NCBI GenBank assembly: GCA_950097015.1
Contig: CATNEN010000039.1
Span: forward strand, 1,736,001-1,800,000
Direction of reading: 5' to 3'
Source: Macrostomum hystrix
Taxonomy: Eukaryota; Animalia; Platyhelminthes
DNA: 64,000 nt
In this document: in pieces, positions 22,272 to 35,983 of the stretch
Layout of the letters: every line of letters begins with the position of its first letter
How positions within the stretch are numbered: the stretch's first letter is position 1
Notes under the pieces: model-generated
Database searches by the model: none
Seen by the model: the letters and a program-made list of their open reading frames with translations, nothing else
What the model was told of the DNA's origin: nothing
Translations under genes and position numbers: made by a program

Positions 22272-23781
22272 GTGATTCACTGAATATCCTTGTGGTTCAC
22301 TGAACACCCTTGTGGTTCACTGAACATCCTTGTGATTCACTGACACCCTTGTGATTCACTGAACACCCTTGTGGTTCACTGAATATCCTTGTGATTCACT
22401 GAACATCCTTGTGGTTCACTGAACACCCTTGTGATTCACTGAACATCCTTGTGATTCACTGAACATCCTTGTGATTCACTGAACATCCTTGTGATTCACT
22501 GAATATCCTTGTGATTCACTGAATATCCTTGTGATTCACTGAATATCCTTGTGATTCACTGAATATCCTTGTGATTCACTGAATATCCTTGTGATTCACT
22601 GAATATCCTTGTGATTCACTGAATATCCTTGTGATTCACTGACACCCTTGTGATTCACTGAACACCCTTGTGGTTCACTGAACATCCTTGTGATTCACTG
22701 AACATCCTTGTGATTCACTGAACATCCTTGTGATTCACTGAATATCCTTGTGATTCACTGAACATCCTTGTGATTCACTGAACATCCTTGTGATTCACTG
22801 AATATCCTTGTGATTCACTGAACATCCTTGTGATTCACTGAACATCCTTGTGATTCACTGAATATCCTTGTGATTCACTGAATATCCTTGTGATTCACTG
22901 AATATCCTTGTGATTCACTGAACATCCTTGTGGTTCACTGAATATCCTTGTGATTCACTGAACATCCTTGTGATTCACTGAATATCCTTGTGATTCACTG
23001 AACATCCTTGTGATTCACTGAACATCCTTGTGATTCACTGAATATCCTTGTGATTCACTGAATATCCTTGTGATTCACTGAACATCCTTGTGATTCACTG
23101 AACATCCTTGTGATTCACTGAATATCCTTGTGATTCACTGAATATCCTTGTGATTCACTGAATATCCTTGTGATTCACTGAATATCCTTGTGATTCACTG
23201 AATATCCTTGTGATTCACTGAACATCCTTGTGATTCACTGAATATCCTTGTGATTCACTGAACATCCTTGTGATTCACTGAACATCCTTGTGATTCACTG
23301 AACATCCTTGTGATTCACTGAATATCCTTGTGATTCACTGAACATCCTTGTGATTCACTGAACATCCTTGTGATTCACTGAATATCCTTGTGATTCACTG
23401 ACACCCTTGTGATTCACTGACACCCTTGTGATTCACTGAACACCCTTGTGGTTCACTGAACATCCTTGTGATTCACTGAATATCCTTGTGATTCACTGAA
23501 TATCCTTGTGATTCACTGACACCCTTGTGATTCACTGAACACCCTTGTGATTCACTGAACATCCTTGTGATTCACTGAACATCCTTGTGATTCACAGTGT
23601 CCTTGTAAATCACAGTGTCCTTGTAAATCACAGTGTCCTTGTAAATCACAAGTGTCCTTGTAAATCACAGTGTCCTTGTAAATCACAGTGTCCTTGTAAA
23701 TCACAGTGTCCTTGTGAATCACAGTGTCCTTGTAAATCACAGTGTCCTTGTAAATCACAGTGTCCTTGTAAATCACAGTGT
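22272..23781. repeat. 20-bp minisatellite (GTGATTCACTGAACATCCTT) switching to an 18-bp unit (GTAAATCACAGTGTCCTT) after ~23595
   Basis: Tandem array starting ~130 bp after the eEF2K stop codon. Confidence 0.97.
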
Positions 23782-25012
23782 CATTCTTTACTCAGTAAGG
23801 CAAAGCTTCATATTTAAATTTTTACAAATCCAAAGCTTTTATTCGTGGCCAGCTTGTGTTATTAACTTGGCTGGAGTGCCTTCTGTATGAGCATCGGCCA
23901 TCTGTTATCTGTAATACTGTCATTACTGTCATCTGCTGTTTTCATGTCGTTTCCTTTCTCAAAAATTTTGTACATTATAAATTGTCACTTCCCCTTTGTT
24001 TCTTGTTTTTTTTAGCCTGTGCACTGTATATTTTATGAAATTCGATGACAACATCGGATAACTAAAAAGCCTTCAATCCATTTTCTTGTTGACCAATGTT
24101 TTATCGCAAAAATGGAGTTTTTGTGCTACAATACGATAATCGATAGTAATTTAATTTAATTTAATCAATCGATCGCAAAACTTACAATTGTTTTTTGTTT
24201 AAAAAGGTGTAATGCTTTTTTATTTTTTTTTTTAATTTTATTACACTATCATTTCGTTTTTATTCAGTCAAATACTACATTGCAGTACCAAATGTACTTA
24301 AAACTAAATGAGTGATTTTCGGATAATTGATTCGGAATGACGTCATCACGCTCTGACGTCATATGATATAATGATTATGATGTCATCAATACTACTGGAA
24401 TGAGATCATACTCTTTCTTGCTTGACATGTAAATAGATGCATTGTGCATTGCTTTGTACAGATATATAATATATATTTCTTATAATGTGGTGTACTTCTA
24501 TTGAATAGTAGTTAAGTAAAAAAACTCTCTATTTTAATTCGATTTTTCTGTTTAATAACCTGACTGCTTTCTAAAACTTTGTCCACCAATTTTTTTTGCT
24601 AAAGGCTTACTGCACTACTCAGTCACCATTGCCTAAATAGTAGCATAGTTTGCGTATGATTTTCAAAACTGTTCAGAGATGCTATCTGCTTGTCCCTGAC
24701 TGACCGGTGGGATTTTGAGCGAACTTTCTTTGCGGCGAACGAAAACGGCATGACAATTTTTTCAATTGTTGATTTCTCCCACAGCACGTCCATCCCCGAG
24801 AAAGTTTGTTTTGTAGCTTTCTGACATTTGGCTCATCTGCGCATTGACTGCTTCCCTGCAGGTCATGTCTGAACACCTGTCAACAATGAGTTTTCAGAAA
24901 TAAAATCTTTAGCATCCCGGCCACTTTTTACTCCATTCTGCTATTTTAGACAGAAATTCTGGCCTTTGTGTTTTTCTTATCTCTGTCTGATGAATTTTTC
25001 ACATGCACTGAT

Positions 25013-27172
25013 GTGAGAACTGGATTTACAGCATGAGAATCATGAGAATCATGAGAACTGGATTTACAGCATGAGAATCATGAGAACTGGATTTACAGCA
25101 TGAGAATCATGAGAACTGGATTTACAGCATGAGAATCATGAGAACTGGATTTACAACATGAGAATCATGAGAACTGGATTTACAGCATGAGAATCATGAG
25201 AACTGGATTTACAGCATGAGAATCATGAGAACTTGATTTACAGCATGAGAATCATGAGAACTGGATTTACAACATGAGAATCATGAGAACTGGATTTACA
25301 GCATGAGAATCATGAGAACTGGATTTACCGTGTGAGAATCATGAGAACTGGATTTACCGTGTGAGAATCATGAGAACTGGATTTACCGTGTGAGAATCAT
25401 GAGAACTGGATTTACAGCATGAGAATCATGAGAACTGGATTTACAGCATGAGAATCATGAGAACTGGATTTACCGTGTGAGAATCATGAGAACTGGATTT
25501 ACAGCATGAGAATCATGAGAACTGGATTTACAACATGAGAATCATGAGAACTAGATTTACAGCATGGGAATCATGAGAACTGGATTTACAACATGAGAAT
25601 CATGAGAACTGGATTTACAACATGAGAATCATGAGAACTGGATTTACAGCATGATAATCATGAGAACTGGATTTACAGCATTAGAATCATGAGAACTGGA
25701 TTTACAACATGAGAATCATGAGAATCATGAGAACTGGATTTACAGCATGAGAATCATGAGAACTGGATTTACAGCATGAGAATCATGAGAACTGGATTTA
25801 CAACATGAGAATCATGAGAACTGGATTTACAGCATGAGAATCATGAGAACTGGATTTACAACATGAGAATCATGAGAACTGGATTTACAACATGAGAATC
25901 ATGAGAACTGGATTTACAGCATGAGAATCATGAGAACTGGATTTACAACATGAGAATCATGAGAACTGGATTTACAGCATGAGAATCATGAGAATCATGA
26001 GAACTGGATTTACAGCATGAGAATCATGAGAACTGGATTTACAGCATGAGAATCATGAGAACTGGATTTACAGCATGAGAATCATGAGAATCATGAGAAC
26101 TGGATTTACAACATGAGAATCATGAGAACTGGATTTACAGCATGAGAATCATGAGAACTGGATTTACAGCATGAGAATCATGAGAACTGGATTTACCGTG
26201 TGAGAATCATGAGAACTGGATTTACAACATGAGAATCATGAGAACTGGATTTACAGCATGAGAATCATGAGAATCATGAGAACTGGATTTACAGCATGAG
26301 AATCATGAGAACTGGATTTACAGCATGAGAATCATGAGATTTGGATTTACAGCATGAGATTCATGAGAACTGGATTTACAGCATGAGAATCATGAGAACT
26401 GGATTTACAACATGAGAATCATGAGAACTGGATTTACAACATGAGAATCATGAGAACTGGATTTACAACATGAGAATCATGAGAACTGGATTTACAGCAT
26501 GAGAATCATGAGAACTGGATTTACAGCATAAGAATCATGAGAACTGGATTTACAACATGAGAATCATGAGAACTGGATTTACAGCATGAGAATCATGAGA
26601 ATCATGAGAACTGGATTGGCAACATGAGAATCATGAGAACGGGATTTACAGCATGAGAATCATGAGAAATGGATTTACAGCATGGGAATCATGAGAACTG
26701 GATTTACAGCATGGGAATCATGAGAACTGGATTTACAGCATGAGAATCATGAGAACTGGATTTACAGCATGAGAATCATGAGAACTGGATTTACAACATG
26801 AGAATCATGAGAACTGGATTTACAACATGAGAATCATGAGAACTGGATTTACAACATGAGAATCATGAGAACTGGATTTACAGCATGAGAATCATGAGAA
26901 CTGGATTTACAGCATGAGAATCATGAGAACTGGATTTACAACATGAGAATCATGAGAACTGGATTTACAACATGAGAATCATGAGAACTGGATTTACAGC
27001 ATGAGAATCATGAGAACTGGATTTACAGCATGAGAATCATGAGAACTGGATTTACAGCATGGGAATCATGAGAACTGGATTTACAACATGAGAATCATGA
27101 GAACTGGATTTACAGCATGAGAATCGGATATATAGTAAGATAATTGGATTTACAACATGAGAATCATGAGAA
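25013..27172. repeat. 29-bp minisatellite (GAGAACTGGATTTACAGCATGAGAATCAT)
   Basis: About 70 units with occasional extra GAGAATCAT subunits. Confidence 0.97.
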
Positions 27173-27832
27173 TTTTATGAGAAGTTAATTTGTGTTGTGA
27201 GAACTGGAGTCTACTAACAATGAAAAGTTGTGCTCTTTAGCATTTGTTCAGACTTTGGTTCATTGATAAATCCTGGATCCAGTTCAGATAATCCCACGCC
27301 GCCTAAATCCCCTGATAACATGGAGTCTCAAGCCTTTTACGTGGGGAAATTTAAGTCAAACTCTGCGAACCCGGCATTTATCCCACTGGGAGAAATCAGA
27401 CAAATTTGATTTCGTTTTGAGCTGACAAACTCCCAGCGATGGGATAAGCGGGACCGAGCCAGGGCTCCGCTTTGAACGCCCGTTTAATTCTCTTATCTGC
27501 GCAATGGGCAGGCACTGCGGTTCTGTCCAAGTCCTGCGGTGACATTTCGGAGTTGGGAACAACCGCAGCGACTTGGGGATAATGACGTTTACTTGCCCAC
27601 CGCGGCTGCTTAGCGGTGTTCTCAGGGATTCGCACCGAGTTAGCAGTGTTAGGCCCAGGCAGCTTTGAGCACACGATCGACTCCCAGGAGCCTGGAATAA
27701 TTGAGTTATCCCGGCCAGGGATCACAAGGGACTCGAACGGAGAGGGAACTCGATGCCCTAGACGGGTTAGGCCTGAGAAGTGAATCACTTTTGGGCGCGT
27801 CGATTCTCTGAAACAATGCCCTGCGCTCCTTC

Positions 27833-29100
27833 TGTCTCCTTCTTCCTCACTCTTGTCTCCTCCCCCATCACCCTTGTCTCTTCCCTCACCCTTGTCTCCT
27901 CCATCACCCTTGTCTCCTCACTCACCCTTGTCTCCTCCCCCATCACCCTTGTCTCCTCCTCCCTCACTCTTGTCTCCTCCCCCATCACCCTTGTCTCCTC
28001 ACTCACCCTTGTCTCCTCCTCCCTCACTCTTGTCTCCTCCCCCATCACCCTTGTCTCCTCACTCACCCTTGTCTCCTCCTCCCTCACTCTTGTCTCCTCC
28101 CCCATCACCCTTGTCTCCTCACTCACCCTTGTCTCCTCCATCACCCTTGTCTCCTCACTCACCCTTGTCTCCTCCATCACCCTTGTCTCCTCCATCATCC
28201 TTGTCTCCTCCATCACCCTTGTCTCCTCCATCACCCTGTCTTCTCCATCACTCTTGTCTCCTCCATCACCCTTGTCTCCTCCATCACCCTTGTCTCCTCC
28301 ATCACCCTGTCTTCTCCATCACTCTTGTCTCCTCCTCCCTCACTCTTGTCTCCTCCCCCATCACCCTTGTCTCCTCACTCACCCTTGTCTCCCCCATCAC
28401 CCTTGTCTCCTCACTCACCCTTGTCTCCTCTATCACCCTTGTCTCCTCACTCACCCTTATCTCCTCCATCACCCTTGTCTCCTCCATCACCCTTGTCTCC
28501 CCCATCACCCTTGTCTCCTCACTCACCCTTGTCTCCTCCATCACCCTTGTCTCCTCACTCACCCTTGTCTCCTCCATCACCCTTGTCTCCTCCATCACCC
28601 TTGTCTCCTCCATCACCCTTGTCTCCTCCATCACCCTGTCTTCTCCATCACTCTTGTCTCCTCCATCACTCTTGTCTCCTCCTCCCTCACCCTTGTCTCC
28701 TCCCTCACCCTTGTCTCTTCCCTCACCCTTGTCTCCTCCATCACCCTTGTCTCCTCACTCACCCTTGTCTCCTCACTCACCCTTGTCTCCTCCATCACCC
28801 TGTCTTCTCCAACACCCTGTCTTCTCCATCACTTTTGTCTTCTGCATCACTCTTGTCTCCTCCTCTCTCACTTTTGCTCCTCCGCCATCAACCTTGTCTC
28901 CTCCATCACCCTTGTCTCCTCCATCACCCTTGTCTCCTATATCACCCTTGTCTCCTCCATCACCCTTGTCTCCTCCATCACCCTTGTCTCCTGCATCAAA
29001 ATTTTCTCCTCCATCACCCTTGTCTTCATCACTCTTGTCTCCTTCTCCCTCATCCTTGTCTCCTTCTCCATCACTCTTGTCTCCTTCTCCATCACCCACG
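27833..29100. repeat. Pyrimidine-rich 18/21-bp minisatellite (CACCCTTGTCTCCTCCAT)
   Basis: Tandem units upstream of the GPCR; explains the LVSS/SPLSPP ORFs. Confidence 0.95.
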
Positions 29101-29747
29101 TCTCCCTCTCTCCTTACCTTTCTACCCATTCTCTCCTCATGCTCTCAGCCATGCGATTTGATGACCAACCAATCCGCGAGCTGTGCCTCCCTGATTGGAT
29201 GATCCTAGATAGCCAGATAAGCTGCAGCGGTTTGACTTTTTGTCTACTTAACTTCCTTCGCATGGCTCACTGCATCCGGCCTCTTCAAGTGTCAGTCAGT
29301 CCACGCTTTCATCACCTGGAACTGGGCGCCGCTACTATAGCCAGAGAACAGCTGCCTCTGCCTGCGGCTGTCAAGAAGGATTGCAGCCAACAGCGGTGAC
29401 AGCTGGCCTTGTTCACATTGTCAGCCTGCATCTGCAGATCTATCCATAGACTGCTGCGGCCAAATTAGGACGAGAGCCGCCTGCGCCACCCCGCAGCCAC
29501 CCAATAATCTCTAGCAGGGACTGACGATCCGTCCCGATCTGGTCCCTCAGCTCCCAGTCCATCTGTCGCTGCCCCTCCCGCTGCCGTCTGCCCCGCCTGC
29601 CCCACCCTGCAGCCCCAGCGGGCGGCAATCCAATCTCGGCTCTGCGGGCATCGAACGCTCATCGAACGCTGAAACTCCGCCTAGTCTGCATCAGCTGCAG
29701 AATTTCTAGGAAAGCCGCCTGCAATAAGAGGGCCGCAGACCGCCGCC

Positions 29748-31838
29748 ATGTCATCTCCACCCACTGCCCCGCCAGCCATCGCATCCTGCGGCGATCTCGA
29801 GCAGATTGTGCTCACAATGCCACCAGCAGCGGTAGCAGCAGCAGCAGCAGCAGCTCACTTCACTGGCAGTCAGGGCTTCCTTGGCTTCAACGATTCGGCC
29901 ATGGACAGGGTTGCCATGGATGCATTTGATCCGGCTTTGCTGGGTTCGGAGACATTCGACTATTTCAACCTGACCGCAGCTCAACAGCTTGAGCAGGCCT
30001 TCCAGCTGGCCTCCATGGAGCTGGGAAATTTCTCCCAGGAGTGCCGTCTGCTTTTCTTCCGTGACCCGGCAGAGTTCTACAGAAAGTGCATCACCTTGAA
30101 CTTTTACAGTGTCTTTCTCTACAGCTTCATTGTGGACACGGTCATTGTCGGCACCCTGTGCATTTTCGGCCTGCTTGGCAACCTCCTGACCTTTGTTGTC
30201 CTTAGCAACGACCGAAGCCACATGGGCACAAACTTCCTGCTCAGGTGCCTGTGCTCAGCTGACAGCGTGTTCCTGACCGAGTGCTTCCTGTACTCCAGCC
30301 TGCGCAGCGTCTACCCCATCACCGGTTGGCTGAAGGCCTACTACCACTACTTTCCGTACATCATCCAGTGGCTCTGGGGCGCTGCCATGACTACCCAGAT
30401 GCTCGTGAACTGGTTCGTGGTTCTCGTCACCGCCGAGCGGTACACGGTCGTCTGCCGACCCTTCCAGGCCTCGAAGTGGTGCAGCCAGGAGCGGGTCCGC
30501 CTGCTGGCCGCCGGTGCCCTCGTCGCTTGCGTCCTGTTCAACGTGCCGCGCTACTTCGAATGGACCGTGCAGCCGTCCAGCATGGGCCTGCTGAGCGTGC
30601 CCTGCTTCAACTACACCCGCTACTCGGCGCAGGACAGCTGGCTGCGCCAGAACCTGGCCTACAGCATCCTGTACCGCAGCCTGCTCTACACCGTCATGGT
30701 GGTTGCCCTGCCTATCGCCGCCATCGTCTGCTTGAACATCCGCCTGATCTACACACTGAAGGCCGCCCGTCGAGAGCGCTACGAAATGCAGAGTCCGGTG
30801 AGGAGCAACAGCCGCTCGCTGCTGTCTGCCGCTCATTGCAGCAGCGCCAACCAGCAGCAGCTGCGCATCCCGCAGCCGATTCCCGAGTCGCCGCAGCTGA
30901 AGTGCATCACCGAAGGCCAGCACCGCAGCATCACCCTGACCATCGTGGTCATCTGCTCCGTCTTCATCATCTGCGAGACTCCGGGCATGGTGCACAACAT
31001 TCTGGCCAGCCTGCAGCGCAGCGAGTCCATGGCGAACTGGCCAGTCTTTGTCTACACCGTGACGATCAGCAACGCCCTGATGGTGGTCAAGAGCAGCTCC
31101 AACTTTGTCATCTACTGCTGCTGCGGCCGCAAGTTCCGCTACATTCTGCGCCGCCTGCTGGCTCGCTGGTGGCGCCGTCTGCGGGCCAGCCGCTGCTGCC
31201 TGCCCGAGGTCGGCGACTCGCGCGGCAAACGACGCGGACTCCGCGAGCGCCGACAGGTGAGGACACTTCAGGTTCACTGAGGACAATTCAGGTTCACTGA
31301 GGAGACACCTGGGCTCACTGAGGAGACACCTGGGCTCACTGAGGAGACACCTGGGCTCACTGAGGAGACACCTGGGCTCACTGAGGAGACACCTGGGCTC
31401 ACTGAGGAGACACCTGGGCTCACTGAGGAGACACCTGGGCTCACTGAAGTCACTTTGTCCGTTTTGGTCCGCCCTCAGCAGGCCGCGGCCTGCAGTGACT
31501 CAATGGCTCCAGATGCAGCCGCAGCTGCCGCTGCCACCGCCGCTGCCGCAGCAGCAGCCGCAGCTGCAGCAGCTGCAGCCGCCGCTTCGTCAGCGGAGCG
31601 CGAGATGGTCCGCATCAGGCTGGAGTCGGGCACCTCGCTGCAGCAGGCTGCCAGCGACGAAGAAGATGACGACAATGAAGCCGCAGCCGAAGCCGCAGCC
31701 GATGAGACGCACAACCTGCTTGCCCATCGCCCAGCTGACTGGGTGGAGGCCAACGCCTACGCGGCCCTGATGGAGTCAGCTGGCGAGCGCGGCGAAGAGT
31801 CGAGGAGTCCGCGGCTGCTGATGCCCGAGGATGATTAA
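29748..31838 (+). CDS. Class A peptide GPCR (FMRFamide/myosuppressin/sex-peptide-receptor-like), ~622 aa; exons 29748-31256 and 31479(or 31482)-31838
   Basis: Seven hydrophobic segments; GLLGN in TM1, ERYxxVCxP, FNVPRYFE, ICETP in TM6, SSSNFVIY in TM7; CAG|GTGAGG donor and in-frame CAGCAG acceptor. Confidence 0.9.
31262..31448. repeat. 21-bp minisatellite (CTGAGGAGACACCTGGGCTCA) filling the GPCR intron
   Basis: About 8 units beginning just after the donor. Confidence 0.93.
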
Positions 31839-31943
31839 GCTTCGGGCTCGAGCCCGATGAGATCGAGCTCGATGAGTACTTCTGGACTGAGTTGGCGAAT
31901 GGTGAGTCTTGGAGCCTTCCCCTTTCTAACGACCTTGTCACTG

Positions 31944-32170
31944 ATCCGCCCCCAATCCGCCCCTCCGATCCGCTCTATGACCTGTAATCCTACCCCTTCA
32001 ATCCGGCCCTTTCTACCCGCCCCTCAATCCGCCCCCTCAACCCGCACCATCAATCCGCCCCCTCAATCAGCCCCGCTTAATCAGCCCCCTCAATCCGCCC
32101 CTTCAATCAGCCCCCCTCAATCCGCCGCTTCAATCAGCCCCCCCTCGATCCGCCCCCTCAATCCGCCCCT
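31944..32170. repeat. Loose AATCCGCCCCT-type repeat in the GPCR 3' region
   Basis: Degenerate 12-15-bp units. Confidence 0.7.
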
Positions 32171-32603
32171 GCTGATCAGCATGCCGACTAAACTGCTGTT
32201 GGCGGACATTCAAATCAAAGCTTTCCATCTGCTGTGCACTCCTGCATCACTCCGGAGGTGCACCGAATTGAACCAATTTCAGCCTAATCAATGCGGCAGA
32301 CCCTTCCAATGTCTGGGGTTGGTTGGGTGCGGGCCAGGCCTACTCAACCGAACTGGCCAAATTTGGCACCGGCCTGCCGCGAGACGGACGTGAGGAAAAA
32401 TCTGACCTGAAAAAAGCGGCCTCCCCAACTAAATTACTCCCACCCGAAATGTTGGGATCTGGCGGCTATTACAACTGATGAGTCGGAGCTGCGCTCGGGA
32501 GTACGGGCTCTGACTTCATTTGGCCAGCTCCGTCTAAAAATAGCTTTTATTATCAATTCACTTTCCCACAGCTGCGTCTCACATGACTTCTGCCCCTGTC
32601 CTT

Positions 32604-33175
32604 GCCTAGCATCCATCCCTTAGCCTCCATTCCTTAGCCTCCATTCCTTAGCCTCAATCCCTTAGCCTGCATCCCTTAGCCTCCATCCCTTAGCCTCCAT
32701 CCCTTAGCCTCCATCCCTTAGCCTCCATCCCTTAGCCTCCATCCCTTAGCCTCCATCCCTTAGCCTCCATCCCTTAGCCTCCATCCCTTAGCCTCCATCC
32801 CTTAGCCTCCATCCCTTAGCCTCCATCCCTTAGCCTCCATCCCTTAGCCTCCATCCCTTAGCCTCCATCCCTTAGCCTCCATTCCTTAGCCTCCATTCCT
32901 TAGCCTCCATCCCTTAGCCTCCATCCCTTAGCCTCCATTCCTTAGCCTCCATTCCTTAGCCTCCATTCCTTAGCCTCCATTCCTTAGCCTCCATTCCTTA
33001 GCCTCCATTCCTTAGCCTCCATCCCTTAGCCTCCATCCCTTAGCCTCCATTCCTTAGCCTCCATTCCTTAGCCTCCATTCCTTAGCCTCCATTCCTTAGC
33101 CTCCATTCCTTAGCCTCCATTCCTTAGCCTCCATTCCTTAGCCTCCATTCCTTAGCCTCCCTCCCTTAGCCTCCA
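32604..33175. repeat. 14-bp minisatellite (CCTTAGCCTCCAT[C/T])
   Basis: About 40 units. Confidence 0.97.
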
Positions 33176-33657
33176 GTAAGTGATGTCCAGTACGCGGCCT
33201 TAGTGTTAATGTTCATTTAAATTTCAGATTTAAATCCTAACGGGACAGCAATATATTTAATCGATCTGACCTTGACAAGTGAAGGACAAGCAGTGACGGA
33301 ATAACAATATGCTGAACAGCTTGCCTATAGCTTCTCTAGTTAGAAATTGTTCGACAGGTAGCTCATCTCTGCATTCTTAGCTATGAAAGCGCAATCTATA
33401 TATTTTGGCACGCTCATGAATAACAATTATGAATAACAATAAATTGTAGTTGAGAGCCTCATGGTCATAGTTCAAGGAGAAATAATCGCAGGAAAGACCC
33501 GCAGTTAAGTTAACTAAGAAAAAAATCGAGAGACCCATAGTTTTGTGTCAGACACATAAAGTGCCTCGTGTTGCTCTGGTAAGCACGTTGGGAGCGCCTC
33601 AGTTTAGTGACAAACACACATGGAGTGCCACACGTATTTCATTGATAAAATTTTAGT

Positions 33658-34345
33658 GAGCCTCACAGCTCAGTAAAAGCACAAAGACAGATTTAAGTTT
33701 CAATCATAAAATAGTTGGAGCCCCACAGTTCAGTAAAAGCACATAGAGAGCTTTAAGTTTCAATCATAAAATCGACGGGAGCCCCACAGTTCAGTAAAAG
33801 CACATTGACAGCTTTAAGTTTCAATCATAAAATCGTCGGGAGCTCCACAGTTCAGTAAAAGCACATTGACAGCTTTAAGTTTCAATCATAAAATCGTCGG
33901 GAGCTCCACAGTTCAGTAAAAGCACATAGACAGCTTTAAGTTCCAATCATAAAATAGTTGGGAGCCCCACAGTTCAGTAAAAGCGCATAGACAGCTTTAA
34001 GTTTCAATCATAAAATCGTCGGGAGCCCCACAGTTCAGTAAAAGCACATAGAGAGCTTTAAGTTTCAATCATAAAATCGACGGGAGCCCCACAGTTCAGT
34101 AAAAGCGCATAGACAGCTTTAAGTTTCAATCATAAAATAGTTGGGAGCCCCACAGTTCAGTAAAAGCACATTGACAGCTTTAAGTTTCAATCATAAAATC
34201 GTCGGGAGCTCCACAGTTCAGTAAAAGCACATAGACAGCTTTAAGTTCCAATCATAAAATAGTTGGGAGCCCCACAGTTCAGTAAAAGCGCATAGACAGC
34301 TTTAAGTTTCAATCATAAAATCGTCGGGAGCCCCACAGTTCAGTG
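33658..34345. repeat. 61-bp tandem repeat (GAGCCCCACAGTTCAGTAAAAGCACATAGACAGCTTTAAGTTTCAATCATAAAATCGTCGG)
   Basis: About 11 units; degenerate precursor units from ~33450. Confidence 0.95.
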
Positions 34346-34797
34346 AGAACCAACACTTATTTCCGTCATCTCCTTTTGTTACAACATGCACGGTCTATCG
34401 CTTCTGTTCTCCAGTAGAAAACTAATTCAAATCGAGTCAAATGTACTTTCAGATATTTTCTGCGTAAATATTTACAGGCCAAGGCCTGAAAACTCTTTTG
34501 CTGCTTTAAGCCTAGCAGTTAGAATCAGCGCCCGAGTGTATCGTCACTTTTTCCTCGGCATTATGCCTGCTACTCAATACTCAATACTCTTTTTATTATA
34601 TTCGTTACTTAATAATAGCGACCAGTTCTTACTCCAGAATGCTTGATCACCATTTTGCTTGCCTACCTGCTACAATGTAAAAACGTAGTATGCATGTAGC
34701 GACGATTTTTGAGCACAAAATAAATTAACTCAAACCTGCTTTACTGCGGCTGCCGCTTGTAGCAGATTGTAGGTTTCAACTCAATTCACTCGGACTA

Positions 34798-35231
34798 GCC
34801 ACTCTGTGTCTTGGTTCCGTCACCCCTGTGTCTTGGTCCCGTCACCCCTCTGTCCAGGCCCCGCCACTCTGTGTCTTGGTCCCGTCACCCCTCTGTCCAG
34901 GCCCCGCCACTCTGTGTCTTGGTCCCGTCACCCCTCTGTCCAGGCCCCGCCACTCTGTGTCTTGGTCCCGTCACCCCTGTGTCTTGGTTCCGTCACCCCT
35001 GTGTCTTGGTTCCGTCACCCCTGTGTCTTGGTCCCGCCACTCTGTGTCTTGGTCCCGTCACCCCTGTGTCTTGGTACCGTCACCCCTGTGTCTTGGTTGC
35101 GTCACCCCTGTGTCTTGGTTCCGTTACCCCTGTGTCTTGTTCCCGTTACCCCTGTGTCTTGGTCCCGCCACTCTGTGTCTTGGTCCCGTCACCCCTGTGT
35201 CTTGGTCTCGTCACCCCTGTGTCTTGGTCCA
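34798..35231. repeat. 20-22-bp minisatellite (CTGTGTCTTGGTCCCGTCACCC)
   Basis: Tandem units with alternating variants. Confidence 0.93.
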
Positions 35232-35983
35232 CCACTAATGAGTGTTGTTCCCGCCATTCTCTGAATGTTTTAAGTTTTCCAAATCACGTCAGCAGTTATT
35301 CAAGGTGGCAGCTGCAATTTTCTTAAAGATTTCATCGCCTTAACACAGTGCGCCAGCTGGGGCTAAACAATGAAAGGACTTGCGCACAAAATTTATATTT
35401 CTTTATTCACTTTTCAAACCTTGAAAACATATTTGCGAACTGTGGGCAGTAAAAAGGGAGGCTAGGTGAAACATAAAAGATTTTGAAGTTATACTACAGA
35501 ATAGTGTGAGCACGTATAATAGAGCTTAATCAACTGCATCTTCAAATAGTCACCTGAAGAGTTAGTGAGGCTGACAGAATGTTTGAGAATGAAAATTACC
35601 CTGCTGCTGCTGCCGCAGCTGCTTTTTTTCAGACTTTTGTTCGAACCGAAAATTACAATGAGATTTCTGGCGGCATATTTGAAAAGGCGAGGTCCTGTGC
35701 CAGAGGTGCTCCAGTGTTTGACTCTGCAGTGTCTTAAACATTGTTCTCAGTTGAAGCGGAGAGCATTAGACTGGAGACTATAGTGAGTTGACAGCGAGCT
35801 AAATATTTATTAATTAAAATGTCACCAACGGCCTGCTTGATTGGGCCTCGTTAGAAGAGACTTCGTGTTCTCAAAAATATCCGATGCAATTTGATTTGAA
35901 TGAGTGTCTTTCTGTAGCCATGAGAACATAAGCAGTGCCAGTTGTGACTACTCTGAATTGACTAGCGAAGACTCTATGATCAC

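Noticed and set aside
30255-31300. 343-aa antisense and 339-aa alternate-frame ORFs over the GPCR
   Set aside because: Expected shadows of GC3-rich coding sequence with no recognisable motifs; the same applies to shadows over eEF2K and eIF3a.
33658-34345. 61-bp periodic array as a CRISPR-like locus
   Set aside because: Units are contiguous with no unique spacers, and the context is eukaryotic.
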